Assembly: GCA_907165135.1 (NCBI GenBank)
Contig: OU015566.1
Coordinates: 4,464,001-4,528,000 of the forward strand
From: Oikopleura dioica
Taxonomy: Eukaryota; Animalia; Chordata
Direction: 5' to 3'
DNA: 64,000 bases
In this document: positions 1 to 10,900 of the stretch, in pieces
Layout of the letters: each line of letters opens with the position of its first letter
How positions within the stretch are numbered: the first letter of the stretch is position 1
The notes under the pieces: generated by a model
What the model was told of the DNA's origin: nothing
What the model saw: the letters and a program-made list of their open reading frames with translations, nothing else
The model's database searches: none
Translations under genes and position numbers: made by a program

Positions 1-3000
1 TCCACGGTGCTCGCGCGCGACATGAGCCATGAACTGGTCGTGCTGGCGATTGAGGCGGCCCTAGAAACGATAGATTTAGGTAGAATAAGTTGAGAGTGTT
101 TAAAACGAAATTCAGAGTCCCGAGGCTGATTCGAGCTTCACCGAAGGCGGACGCAACGGTAGAAACTCAAGCCACGAAGCCGCAGACAACGCTGTTCTAC
201 TAAATTGGATAAACTCACCACTCCGACGTGCGACAAGATCCGCGGAGCACTTCCGGTAGGGGCACCATGCGTACTGCGCAGCCGGTAGTTGGTCTCCTCC
301 ATGACCCATGAGCCAAGATAAAGCTCACCCAATCCTGGAAGCATCACGGGAATACGGCCTGAAAAGAGAGTTTAAGGAACAAGTAAATAATGTAGTAATA
401 AAACTTACAAGGGGGAGTGTACGGGTTTCGGCGGCCGGGATTTCGTACGCGCATCTCTAGGGCGTTGGGCGTGACGTTGAGTCCAACGTTCCACTCGTCG
501 TCGACACGTTCTTGGCGGTCACGCTCGTAATCGCGCAAAACGCGGAAGTCGACCTGTAAGGAAATTTAGTTCTAGTTCGCTTTATTTTAAATTCTTTCAA
601 TTTAGCTTTTGAAATTCGAATGAATCCTAGACTAATCTACCTTACTTACGTAAAACTGTTGAATCGACTGGAGCCCAGTCGTGAAGAGCGAGAGGGGAGG
701 GCATTTCAGGAGAAGATACTTCACCTGAAGTGCGTTGAAAAACGCAAATTCCAAAGGATTGCCCATCATCATCTTGTAGCGCGAAGTGGCTAGGCTGAGC
801 GCACGGGAAACCAAAGTCGCGAAGGCCAATTCACCAACGTTGTCTTTGGGCCGGAAGAAAACTAAAATTCAAATTTAGTATGAGAAAGTCACCGGAGAAA
901 ACGCCAGCCCGCGACAACGATTTAGAAGTGGACATGATGGTGTGGTCCACGTTGGAAAGCGAAGAAAGTTTCTGGACTATGCTCGAGATCGCCGGCGAGT
1001 TCGACCTGATCAGGGCTGCCAAAGTGGAAAACTTGAAGAGCCCGATTTTCAAGAAGCCAGCCACGTTCCCGTTAGAAGGCTTTTCTGACTCGGCTGAGAT
1101 GTTGTTTTTGAGCTAGCAGAATTCTACTGGCCCAAGCTCGAAAACGTGGATACCGGCGGATACGTCCGAACCCAAGAAGATCTAACGGTGTGCCAAGAAA
1201 TCTGCTCGCTCACGGGGCCGCTAATGAACATTAAAACGCCGGGCGAATTTCCGATCGCTTCGATCAGCCCCGAACTCTGTGGGTCCGAATCGAAACGCCC
1301 GAGCCTGACGACATTAAACGACTGGCAAAATGGATCAGCAGCATCTGGGATCAGATCGAAAAGGCCGAAAGACGAGAGCTAGCTGCTTTGGTTCGCCTCA
1401 AAGAAAGCGGCGAAGCAGGTAAAACTTATTAAATTAAAAGCCGATTGATGATTTAATTTTCGGTTATTCTTTTCTCGTGATTAAAAAAGAAATTATAGCT
1501 TTAAATCAATTAAAGTAGACAGAATAACTTACGTCCAAGATCGCGACGCCGCCGATTTGGCTCGGGATGGCCTGGATATTCCGGACTATCTTCGAATTCG
1601 CCCTCAAGTCCGACGGAACGCACCAGCTTCCACAACAGGAATCGAGTTCGCTTGGAACGGCGATTCACGCCATCTGGGGAACCAGTAGCTACGGCGGGAC
1701 CGTCGACCATGTTTTCTCCAGTGCCGTCAATCGATCGCTGATGCTAGAAATATAAAATTAAATTTGGAACCGTTTATTTGGATTTAAGCTCAAATTGTGC
1801 CCGAAATTGTTTTTCTTTCTGATTTCTATTAATGAACAATTTTGCGTTTTAAAAGCCAAACTAACCTGGAACCATTTATAAGAAATGATCACGGCGAGCA
1901 GGAACGGATCGGAGACAAAGTGACAGTCCAGAAAGCCGTACTCGTCGTGAAGGTCGCCGACGCACTGATGACCTGGGACGTTGTCAAGCCACTCAACAAT
2001 TCTGGCGAGCGGGACCCTGTGGGCGAACAAGATCTTGACGAACTGGGTGACGACCCCAGCATGGCGAGAGTTGGCCACATAGTACTCTTCGTCAGGATGA
2101 TCTCCTTCGTCGTCTGGGAAGCGGCGGAAACCCCGGATTTGCCCTTCAAGATCGTTCCAAAGAGCAGCCAACGAGTAGTCGGTATCGTAAAGCGGATACT
2201 CACACTCGAGTCGACCTTCGTGATCGTTGCGCCAGCCGAATTCGCGCGGACCATCGATTCCACCGTGATGGGTCTGAAATATTTAAGACAGGTAAAACCA
2301 AACCAAAAGAATAAAAACTTACCGAATAGTAGTAGCGAATCCAAAAGGAGCCGTCCCAGTTGGGCGTAAAGGCATCGTAGCCAATTTCGTCGTTGCGGAC
2401 AACCTTGGACTTAACTAGCAACTCGCGGTCGAGGAGGGTGTTCTCCAAAGTCGCTTCCAAGTTGCCGAACTTGTCGTAACTGGCGTTGTACTCAAGACAG
2501 TTGCGCCTAACAAGCTGGGTGATGCGAGGATCTTCTTCGACGTGCGCCAGAGCAGCACGGACGGTAGCTTTCCACTCGTCGAGCTTGAAGTTGGCAGCGT
2601 CGTGGTCCAGGCTAAAAGGATTAATTTAACCGAGAAAGTTTAAATCATTCCGAAATTATTTTACATAAATTTCAAAGTTAAAATGATAGTTCGCAAGCTC
2701 CGAAAATTAACAAAATTAATTAACCTCGATTAAAATTTGGAAAGGTTTAGAAGGGACCAGCTCGTAACGATGGATTCGGATGACGAATTTCTTAACAACG
2801 ACTCGAACCAGGAGACTAATAACAATCCTGATCAGAACATGGTTGGAGCTGTGGCTCCAAGCATCCCGAACCCATCGAACCAAGTGCCCCCTGTGATGCA
2901 AGCCGTAATCAACGGCGTGTCTATGCTCGGACAAGCCCAAAATGTTAACCCTTTCACGGCTCAATTCCAGCAAGGACCTTCAAACCGCCAAGAAAACCAC

Positions 3001-3460
3001 GGGAATGGACCCCGAAAGGTTCAACTCGTTTCGTCAGACGACGAAGATGAAGGCCCCGAACCTGAGAACTCGGAAACGATCGACGCAGCAGAAGTTGCGA
3101 ACTCGAACTATCGAGCCGCAGTTAGCGCAGTCCGGGAAAGGGAAGAACAAGCTGAATTTCAGTCCGAACTGAGCAACGGTTGCAATCCGACTCGTTTTTG
3201 GCTATCTTTTCGCAGCTCGACACGATTAGAACTCAAATGCGACGTGACGTTGCTGCTGCCAAATTCGTCCGATCAGTCCAGAGTGTCGCGAAATCTTTGG
3301 AGCTAATCTCAAATTCGATTGCAAGCGAACAAGACCCGGTAAGAGATTTAAATTACCTGTCGACCAAGCGCTGGTAATAGTCGAGTTGTTGCCGGATTTT
3401 GTAGTTGGCTGGGAAGGGCGGACCATCATCCTCGGGAAGCTCGTGAGCAGCCAAATTCAT
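1..3460 (-). CDS. Orphan multi-exon protein (gene M, >500 aa, runs off the left edge); interleaved with plus-strand exons
   Basis: Coding exons 3460-3357, 2611-2323, 2273-1866, 1743-1533, 861-650, 553-409, 358-219, 60-<1 are joined by GT-AG introns whose phases (2,0,0,1,0,1,0) all preserve one frame: MNLAAHELPEDDGPPFPANYKIRQQLDYYQRLVDSLDHD...FWIRYYYSTHHGG...KWFQHQRSIDG...RDLGLFFRPKDN...QQFYVDFRVLRD...TPPCRIPVMLPG...SHVGVGRLNRQHDQF. No family recognised. Confidence 0.8.
116..203 (+). CDS. Probable terminal exon of a plus-strand gene starting outside the window, nested in intron 61-218 of gene M
   Basis: Acceptor gaaattcAG at 114-115, open frame VPRLIRASPKADATVETQATKPQTTLFY*, stop at 201-203. 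Confidence 0.4.
880..1432 (+). CDS. Orphan coding exon/gene P1 nested in intron 862-1532 of gene M (two apparent 1-nt deletions)
   Basis: Acceptor aaatttAG 877-878 then ATG 880. Three successive open frames join by -1 shifts near 1105-1109 (T5) and 1233-1250 into MRKSPEKTP...EMLF/ELAEFYWPKLEN...TPGEF/SDRFDQPRTLWVRIETPEPDDIKRLAKWISSIWDQIEKAERRELAALVRLKESGEAGKTY*. A donor GT at 1419 is an alternative end. Confidence 0.55.
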
Positions 3461-4764
3461 TTCTAGAACATTTTTGTTTAGTATCGACCTGGAAGCCTCT
3501 GCTTTATCCGGGAATTGGCTCTGGCAATGGCTAGCAACGAGCTAATTAGCATTATGCTGGAAGTCCCGCAAGGCGCTTGCTGCGAACGATGGCGAGTCGA
3601 AGTCAGCTGGACCAGAAACTGCGTAGTACAGTCAGCTAGTCCCATCCGCATGTCCCTGACTTTCACTCACCGCGCCTTCCGAGACTGTAGCGAATTCATG
3701 GAAAAGCGCTACAAGAATTACTCTATCGAGGACATGGTCGAACATTTCAAAGGCGAAATCGAGACCGTTTTCAAAGAATTGGGTGGACGAGGCTTCAAAG
3801 TTCCCCAAATTGACGAAGACTTACTGCTTGATGCTCGAGTTGGCCCGCTTTTGCGAGAACTCGTGGCTCCGATAAGGTCAATCCGACAGCTAGTAAGTAA
3901 AACAAGGAGCTGTTAATCCGTCTAGATTAGTAAATTCTATAAGATGCCCGTTAAAGCCAACTTAATTCCCTAATCGAGTCCCATCAAAAATTCAAAATTA
4001 ATTAAATTTACCTGTGTTCGCCAGTCGTTGAAACAGAACTGACGTTTATTCGAAAACAAGGACGAAAACAGGTGACGTTCTAGAAATTCAGGAATTTAAT
4101 TTTCTCTTTTGCTTCTCTAGTCGAAAAATAAAATTTTGCACGAAGAGAGAAAGGAAATAGCGCTATTATAGATCGAGAGAAAGCTAGGATTTCGAGACAA
4201 GAAGCGCGTAATTAGAGCGCGGCCAATCACAGAGAGCCAATCAACGAGCGCATTTTGAGTCATCAACAAAGCCATCAGAATTTATTTAAACAAGAAAAAG
4301 AGATAAAAATAAAAGAAACTGTGAAACAAATTACGAAAGAAATGTAAGAAAGAACCATCTATGAAGTTAATTTAGACGCAAACTAAAATTTAAAACGACA
4401 AATTAAACTATAGCGAATTCTCAAAAATCTTAATTCCCGATTTTAGATCAAGGAGCAGAAGTCGAAGCTTGACAGGCTCAAGACTAAGTCTTTGGATGAT
4501 TTGGTGAAAATGGTCGAAGCTGACTGCCTAGCGGGCCGCTTGAAGAGTTTGCTCGGCTTGCCAGAGGTCCGAAACTCACACGTGGTCGTCGTATCTCCAA
4601 CAAACAGGCTAGTGGTTTACGACTTGTCCGAATCGCCAGCGAAAGAACTCCCGAAGCTACCAGCTTGGGCGCAAGGAACTATGGTAACCAACCATAAGAA
4701 GTTCTTCAACAATAAACGCAAGAACGGCCAAGCAAGTGGCAGCTACAAGAAGTTTAAAAAATAG
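2770..4764 (+). CDS. Orphan three-exon gene P2 interleaved with gene M
   Basis: Exons 2751-3338, 3482-3892 and 4447-4764, phase-0 GT-AG introns 3339-3481 and 3893-4446; junctions EQDP/YRPG and IRQL/IKEQK are in frame. N/Q/P-rich acidic N-terminus. One -1 frame change between about 3156 and 3200. Confidence 0.7.
4012..4081 (-). other. Probable non-coding 5' exon of gene M inside intron 2 of P2
   Basis: Minus-strand donor cag/GTAAATT at 4011 and acceptor ttctAG near 4082; the next acceptor (3463-3464) lies 2 nt before the gene M ATG. Confidence 0.5.
4200..4255. promoter_or_regulatory. Candidate promoter with two CCAAT boxes
   Basis: ggCCAATcac at 4223 and gCCAATcaa at 4237 among GCGC motifs, just upstream of the gene M leader exon. 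Confidence 0.4.
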
Positions 4765-5282
4765 AAGGTATGAAAGATTTTGGGAAATTAATACAATGGA
4801 ATCAGCTTAAAATTGTCAAGCCAATTAAGCAACTTAGTAAAGCTAAAGAGGGGGGACGAGATTCCATCCTGGTAAAAGGAAGACTTGTCTTCCATGATTC
4901 CATTAGTCAACACGGTCGCGAGCGACCGGGCGGTAGGGCCGCAGGGCCAGCGCAAGGCTGACACCTAGACGCGAAAACATCCCGCGCTGCGTTTCGACAA
5001 GTTCAGTCGTCGAAATCGGACAACGCGGTAAGTCACTTCTCGAGAGATTACGAGAGAACGTGAGTTTAGAAGTTAGGACCCGGGCCCACGTACATTTAGA
5101 ACGTTACGTGCGAAACGCAACGTTAGAACTAACATTTAGAATTTAGATTTCCGCCCGACTCGACTTGCAGCAGAAGACAACAACGAAGAGAATTCCACTG
5201 TTCATTCTGCCCCGAGAATATAAATAAACCTAACTTAAATCGAATTAGTCCCACGTTTCTTGATATAAATTGACTTATAATA

Positions 5283-5379
5283 ACTGGGCTCTCCCTTTCT
5301 GTTACGAGTTATTTTGAAAATATTTTTCGAAGCTTTCCTTCAAAATCAAATATCTCGAAAAAGGAGGACAGGGCCCAGT
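5283..5379. mobile_element. Short MITE-like element
   Basis: Imperfect terminal inverted repeats actgggctctcc ... ggacagggcccagt. Confidence 0.3.
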
Positions 5380-5733
5380 ATTTTTGTAAGCCCAACAGAA
5401 AGGTCTTTTCGAGAGCTTTCGAATGAACCTACTCTTGTACCGTACGACGACCGGCTGGTGATGATGATTTTTACGTCCGAGGCCTAATAATTTTGTTCAT
5501 TATTTTAAGCTTTGCAATAAATTAAACTCAAACATTTCGTAAAATTTTTTTGGTTATTTTTTATTTGTTCCGAGTCGAACTCGAAAACACGCATCAACAA
5601 ATTGCTTGCTTACGACTTTCTTCTTGCTTCAATCATCAATTATTCCAAGTACCGTTACTACGGTAAACTGAGGTGTGCTGTTTACCCGGCTCTATTTTTA
5701 TCTGCCGGCAAAGTAGCAAGCCCTTCATTCGCC

Positions 5734-7784
5734 ATGAAACTTGGGAGTACATTTTTCGCTTTTCAATCTTTTTCGAGCGCTGACCCACTTGGTGCTAGAG
5801 GCGGAATATCTTGCCATGATTTGAGCGAGTATGAAGGAGACCCGTTCATGGTCAATTATTGCAAGGAGATTTTGGCGGAAGCGCATTGCTCGTTTAAATC
5901 CTCGGAATGCCCAGTTGACGATTGCCTCTTTGGGCACAAAAGGGACTCCACTGGCTGCGTCATCGACTCATGCATTTGCGACACGGAGCCGCAAGGAAAG
6001 GTGCATTTTGGAGACATCATGGTCGACGGCTTCGTGCAAAACATGATGACACCGCCTGATGACACTCCTCGTGATCCAAATGTCATGAGAGCCGCGGACA
6101 TATCCGTTCCGAGATGGACCGATTATCGGGAAGGTGGGTTTGTGTACATCCCGTACAGAATTTCCAGGCTCAATCCCTTGGGGCAAAGAGCGGCTCTTGC
6201 AGGAATGAAAATACTCGAAGACGGGAGCTGCCTCCGTTTCAGAGAACGAAGCGATGAGAGGGACTTTATGGACTTTTTTATCGGCGACGGATGCTATTCT
6301 TGGATCGGAAAACTCGGTAAAATCTTCATTAAATCCAATTATTGATGAGTTAAGGTGGTGCGCAGGAGATCTCGCTTGGTGTAGGCTGCCATTATGCTTC
6401 CACAGCTGCTCATGAGATCATGCATGCCTTGGGCTTTCATCACGAGCAAATGCGCCCCGACCGCGACTCATATGTCCAGTACATAGAAGATAACGTCGAA
6501 CCAGAAATGCGCCACAACTTCAAAACAATCCACCCTTCGAAGTGGAATTCATATGGGCAGCCCTATGATGTCAACTCAGTAATGCAATACAGTGGCTACT
6601 CCTTCACTCGAAACTGGAAGCCAACTCTTCTCGACAGGAGTACTGGAAAGCCGACAAAACGGAATACGAAATTGACCGAGTCGGATTTTTTCCAGATAAA
6701 CGCGCTTTACGGCTGCGAGGAAACCTCAACTCCGACTCCAACGACGAAATCAACAACGACGACGGCGACAACGGCGACGAAAGAATGTCGTGACTTCGAT
6801 ATTGCTGAGAACATCGAGCACAGGGGTATCTTCAACCTTATTGAAAAACTTTCTCACGAATGATATTTTTAAAGGGAATGACATCACTTCCTTCCAAGTT
6901 TCGCCTGGCGAAGCAGGTCAAAGGGAATGTGAGCAAAGTTGTCGCTCAAACCCCGACTGCGGTGGTTTCACTCTTTACGGTGAAAACAGAAATCCATCCG
7001 ATTCGTATCGCTGTTTTTTGAAATCCTCTATGAGCTACAGTATGTTACTCACCTCTGGACGCATTTCCGGGTATAGAAATAAGAACTGCCCGTCTTCAAC
7101 CACTACTCCAACAACGAAATCAACGACGAGGCCGACAACGACCACAAAAGAATGCCGTGACTTTGAGATCGAGGAAAATGTCGAGTACTTAGGTGTCTAC
7201 AAAATATATCGAAAGAAAGTTTCAATATTTTCTGAAAACTTTGAATTAAATAAAATTAAGGGAATGACGTCGCTTCCTTCCAAGTTTCGCCCGGTGAAAC
7301 TGGCCAAAGAGAATGCGAGGAAAGCTGTCGCTCCTCACCTGGCTGCGCTGGTTATACCTTTTACGAATGGCATGTGTTTCAACCCAACCACTGCTTCTTG
7401 AAAACCAACACGAATGTGAAAAGAACAAATATCGCTGATCGCATTTCCGGAAGAAAAACTGGAGACTGCGGAGCGTCAACGAGCACTCCAACCATCTGTG
7501 CCGACCTGAGCGGCTACGAAAGCCAGTGCGCAAGTTGGAAATCGTATGGATTCTGTACCTCCTACAGTCGAACTTCCATGGAGCATTATTGCGCCAAGAC
7601 TTGTGGCTTTTGCGCATCTAACGGCGAATCGGTAAGAACCTACAGTGCGAAATATGTTCTGTAATCGTTTGTTCAGTGCACCGATGAGTACACATACTGC
7701 GCATCATTGGCGGCTGATGGCGAGTGCTCTAGAAACTCTGCTTTCATGCTTAAGTCATGCAAAAAATCCTGTGGCAAATGCTAG
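5734..7784 (+). CDS. Secreted astacin-family zinc metalloprotease with 2 PAN/apple-like and 2 ShKT domains
   Basis: Signal-like N-terminus MKLGSTFFAF; HEIMHALGFHHEQMRPDRD zinc motif; SVMQY Met-turn; Thr-rich linkers; two C-x3-C...C...C PAN-like repeats; two C-terminal ShK modules. Introns 6317-6354, 6826-6874, 7193-7260 and 7632-7676 keep frame. Confidence 0.95.
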
Positions 7785-7935
7785 ACGAGCTTTTTCCTGA
7801 ATCCTGATTAGTCGAAATTATTTTTCCCCGCTGCTAAAAATTTTTTCCTCCTTTTTTCAGGTGGGCGTCTTTAGCTCAATAAAATGATTTGATTGTTTCT
7901 TTTTATTTATTAATTATATTTATTACTATTCATTT

Positions 7936-10900
7936 TTATGAATTTCTGAACATTCTTTTCGCGATTTTCTGCTCTCCTCGGTAGATGATCGCTTCTTCGG
8001 TCCTCCAGTTTTTGAACGAGAATTTTCCATCTTTGAACAATGCCTGAAATCGTTGCTTGAATCTTCTAGAGCTCTGTTTTCTTACCTTGATTAGCATGAC
8101 AGGAATCCAAATCAAGCAAAGAATATGAAGAATGGCGATAACTGCTGATCCGGCAGCGCTGTACTCTTGCTTCAAATAATCACTGTCTGGGTTCGTTGCA
8201 TTTTCGAGCTTCCAGTCCCCTGAAAACATAGATGACTCATCAAGATTTTCGATTTCTCAAACCTGTTGTCTTGTCCCAAACTTTGTAGGCCGGCGGGTTT
8301 TGGAAAATATCAACCATGAAGAAGATCAAAACGAAAAGAATCAATCCAGGAGAGAGGACAGTCCAGCATGTTTTCAAAAAGAGTCTGCAAATTCTGACAA
8401 CAAGTCCAGGTTGTTCTCCATCTTCTCCGTAAATCATCCAGTCAATTTCAGAGAGCCATTTCTCAGCGCCATAAATCTTAATTATTTTGTGAGAAAATTT
8501 CACAAAAAATAAGGGTAAAATTCGCGTGGGCGGCTTTTTTGCCTTCTGATTGGCTCAAAATATGGGGACATATTTTCTGGCTCAAAATGTTGGGACATAT
8601 TTTGAGCCAATCAGAAGCCGAAAAGATCGCCTACGCGAATCTCACCCAAATTTTTTCACGAAAAATCATCTAAAATCTGTGATTTCTTACCCATGCAACG
8701 ACTACAAATTGCAAAACGCCAATAATCAGCAAATTGATCGAAGCCGAATAATCATTGAAAATATCCAACCAGTAGTTACCAGCATTCGTCGCGAAAATCA
8801 ACCCAATGGCAAATGCAAAACATGACATTACCAGCACCAGCGCTAGAATTTCCCTGACGTTTGATTTTTTTCAAATGCTACTGACCTTGTTTCGGAATTT
8901 TTCGCCATTTACTACTGGCTTGAAGACCGTCGTAAACTGGAGTTATGACGCCCTCAAATGTTCCGACCATGGATCCGAGGCCGAGTAAAATAACCATAAA
9001 GAAGAAAATCATCGAAAGAATGAACGAGCCGGGAAGGTCAACGACAGCTTCAGCGACGGCGATGAAGATGAGACCGGTTCCAGAAGGAGTATCTTCTTGA
9101 AGAATCTAGAAAAAATCGTCGACAAAGAAAAAAGCAGTCGAAAAACCTTTGAAAAATCGCATTTTGATTGCCGCTGGAAAACATCAACAGGATCGCAGTT
9201 TTCGCTCTCACACTTGTTAAGGACAAAGTCATAGATTTCATCATAAGTTTTATCGCCGTAAAAGTCCTCGGCTTCGTCGAAGAAATTGAGAGAGTTGTCG
9301 ATCGTTGTACTCTTTTTCATCATTTTTAAATTCGATCGAAATTTGGCTTATTCTTACCTTGCAGTTTTCAAATGCTGTCCAAGCTCGATTTCCAAGAAGC
9401 GAGAAAATGACACAACTTGCAAACAACGAAGTTCCACTGAAAGAAAAGATTCACCCTATTTTTCTTCTTCGAGATCACCTGTTGACAGAAGCGACGATCG
9501 TAGCATCACGAAGGAGATTCTGTTTGATTGGGTTGTAGCTTGAAAACGCGACGATTCCACCAAAACAGACGGACAAGGAGAAAAAGATTTGACTCGATGC
9601 ATCGATCCACACTCTCGCATCCTAAAATTGGTCAGAAATGAAAATTTCACGAATGTCACGATTTGCTGGAAATGTCACGAAAAAGATACATGTTCTCGTG
9701 ACGTTCGTGACATTCGTGACATTCGTGACATTCGTTGGTCAGTACTGAAAATTTCACGAATGTCACGAATGTCACGATTTACTGGAAATGTCACGAAAAG
9801 TGAACATGTTTTCGTGACATTCGTCAGATTAGTGCCATTCGTGACATTTTCAGCACCGTCGCTTAAATTCTTCAAGTAAATTATGAGTCGAAAGTGTACC
9901 TTGAGCGCTTCCCAGTCGGCTTGAAACAACTCCGCGATTCCTTCTGGTCCGCCAGCAGTGCTTAACCCGATCCCCAAAAAGATCAACAAAACCACATAAG
10001 GCGTGATCGCGATGAAATACAAAAACGCTCCTCCCGCTTCAGCTCCATTCATGGAAATCATAAAAACAATGACCCAGCCGAGCAAGAGCACCAAAACCAT
10101 ATCGCTATTCAACCCTCCATCGGGACGTAATCAGCCGTGACGTTGAGCGTGTCTCTGTACCAGTAGTAAACTTGTGTTCCAGCAAGAGTGCATTCTTCAA
10201 CGGGCCAGGGAATATTCGACCAGGTCTGATCCCAGGGCGCGCGGGGGACAGCATCGGCGATGGCAGAGGCGGCAGCGGTGACGCAGACTCCGAGGCCGCT
10301 GTCTTTTCCGCCGTCGCAGGAAACAGTGGTGTTGACGACGGGGCATGCTTTCCAGGGCAGCGGGTTCTATTTTTTTTATTAGACAAATTTTTCTGGAACC
10401 GACAAAAATTTCGACTAATTTTCCGTGGAAATTTCCAACCAATCAGAAGCCTGGCTTTGGCGAACCGGCCAATCAGCGGCCAAGTACCCGCCCACGCAAA
10501 ATTTGTCGATTTTTTGTCGGTTCCTGACGCCTCCACATTTTTCTTTCCAAAAAGATCGCTCATCGGATTTACCTGAAACGAACTCAAGAAGTAATAAAAC
10601 GCCCAAGCCACGATGACATTATAATACAGCGCCACGAATGCCGAAACCGCCACCATAGCCAGTCCAACTCCGAGAAATCCCGGATGAAATTTCGTGTACG
10701 CCCCACTAGCTCCACATCGCAATCGCTGACCAAGCGACAGTTCCAGCACCAAAATCGGGAAGCCGATGATAAAGAGCGAGATAAAGTAGGGAATGAGAAA
10801 AGTCCCCCGCCATTCGTTTGCGCCAAATACGGAAATCGCCAAATGTTGCCAAGTCCAACGGCAAAGGCGATATTTGCGCACATGAACTGGAACTGATTCG

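Noticed and set aside
1-860. Tyrosine recombinase / DIRS call for gene M (FMAH near the left edge)
   Set aside because: No convincing R...HxxR...H/W...Y arrangement in the spliced protein; no RT or RNase H motifs.
1842-2369. 175-aa plus ORF and 151-aa minus ORF (1889-2344)
   Set aside because: Shadow frames over the gene M exon 2273-1866; no supporting splice context.
1099-3200. Programmed -1 frameshifting in P1/P2 (GAA-TTT-C recurs at about 1245 and 3154; GTTTTTG at 1104 and 3194)
   Set aside because: No in-frame X-XXY-YYZ heptamer, and the conserved SLC6 gene shows the same one-base homopolymer losses, so assembly error is more parsimonious. Revisit if accurate reads confirm the sequence.
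2770-4764. Gag or LTR-retrotransposon call for P2
   Set aside because: No zinc knuckle, protease, RT or integrase motif and no paired LTR in the window; the gene is spliced.
10172-10896. Several plus-strand ORFs
   Set aside because: Antisense shadows of SLC6 exons and MITE sequence.
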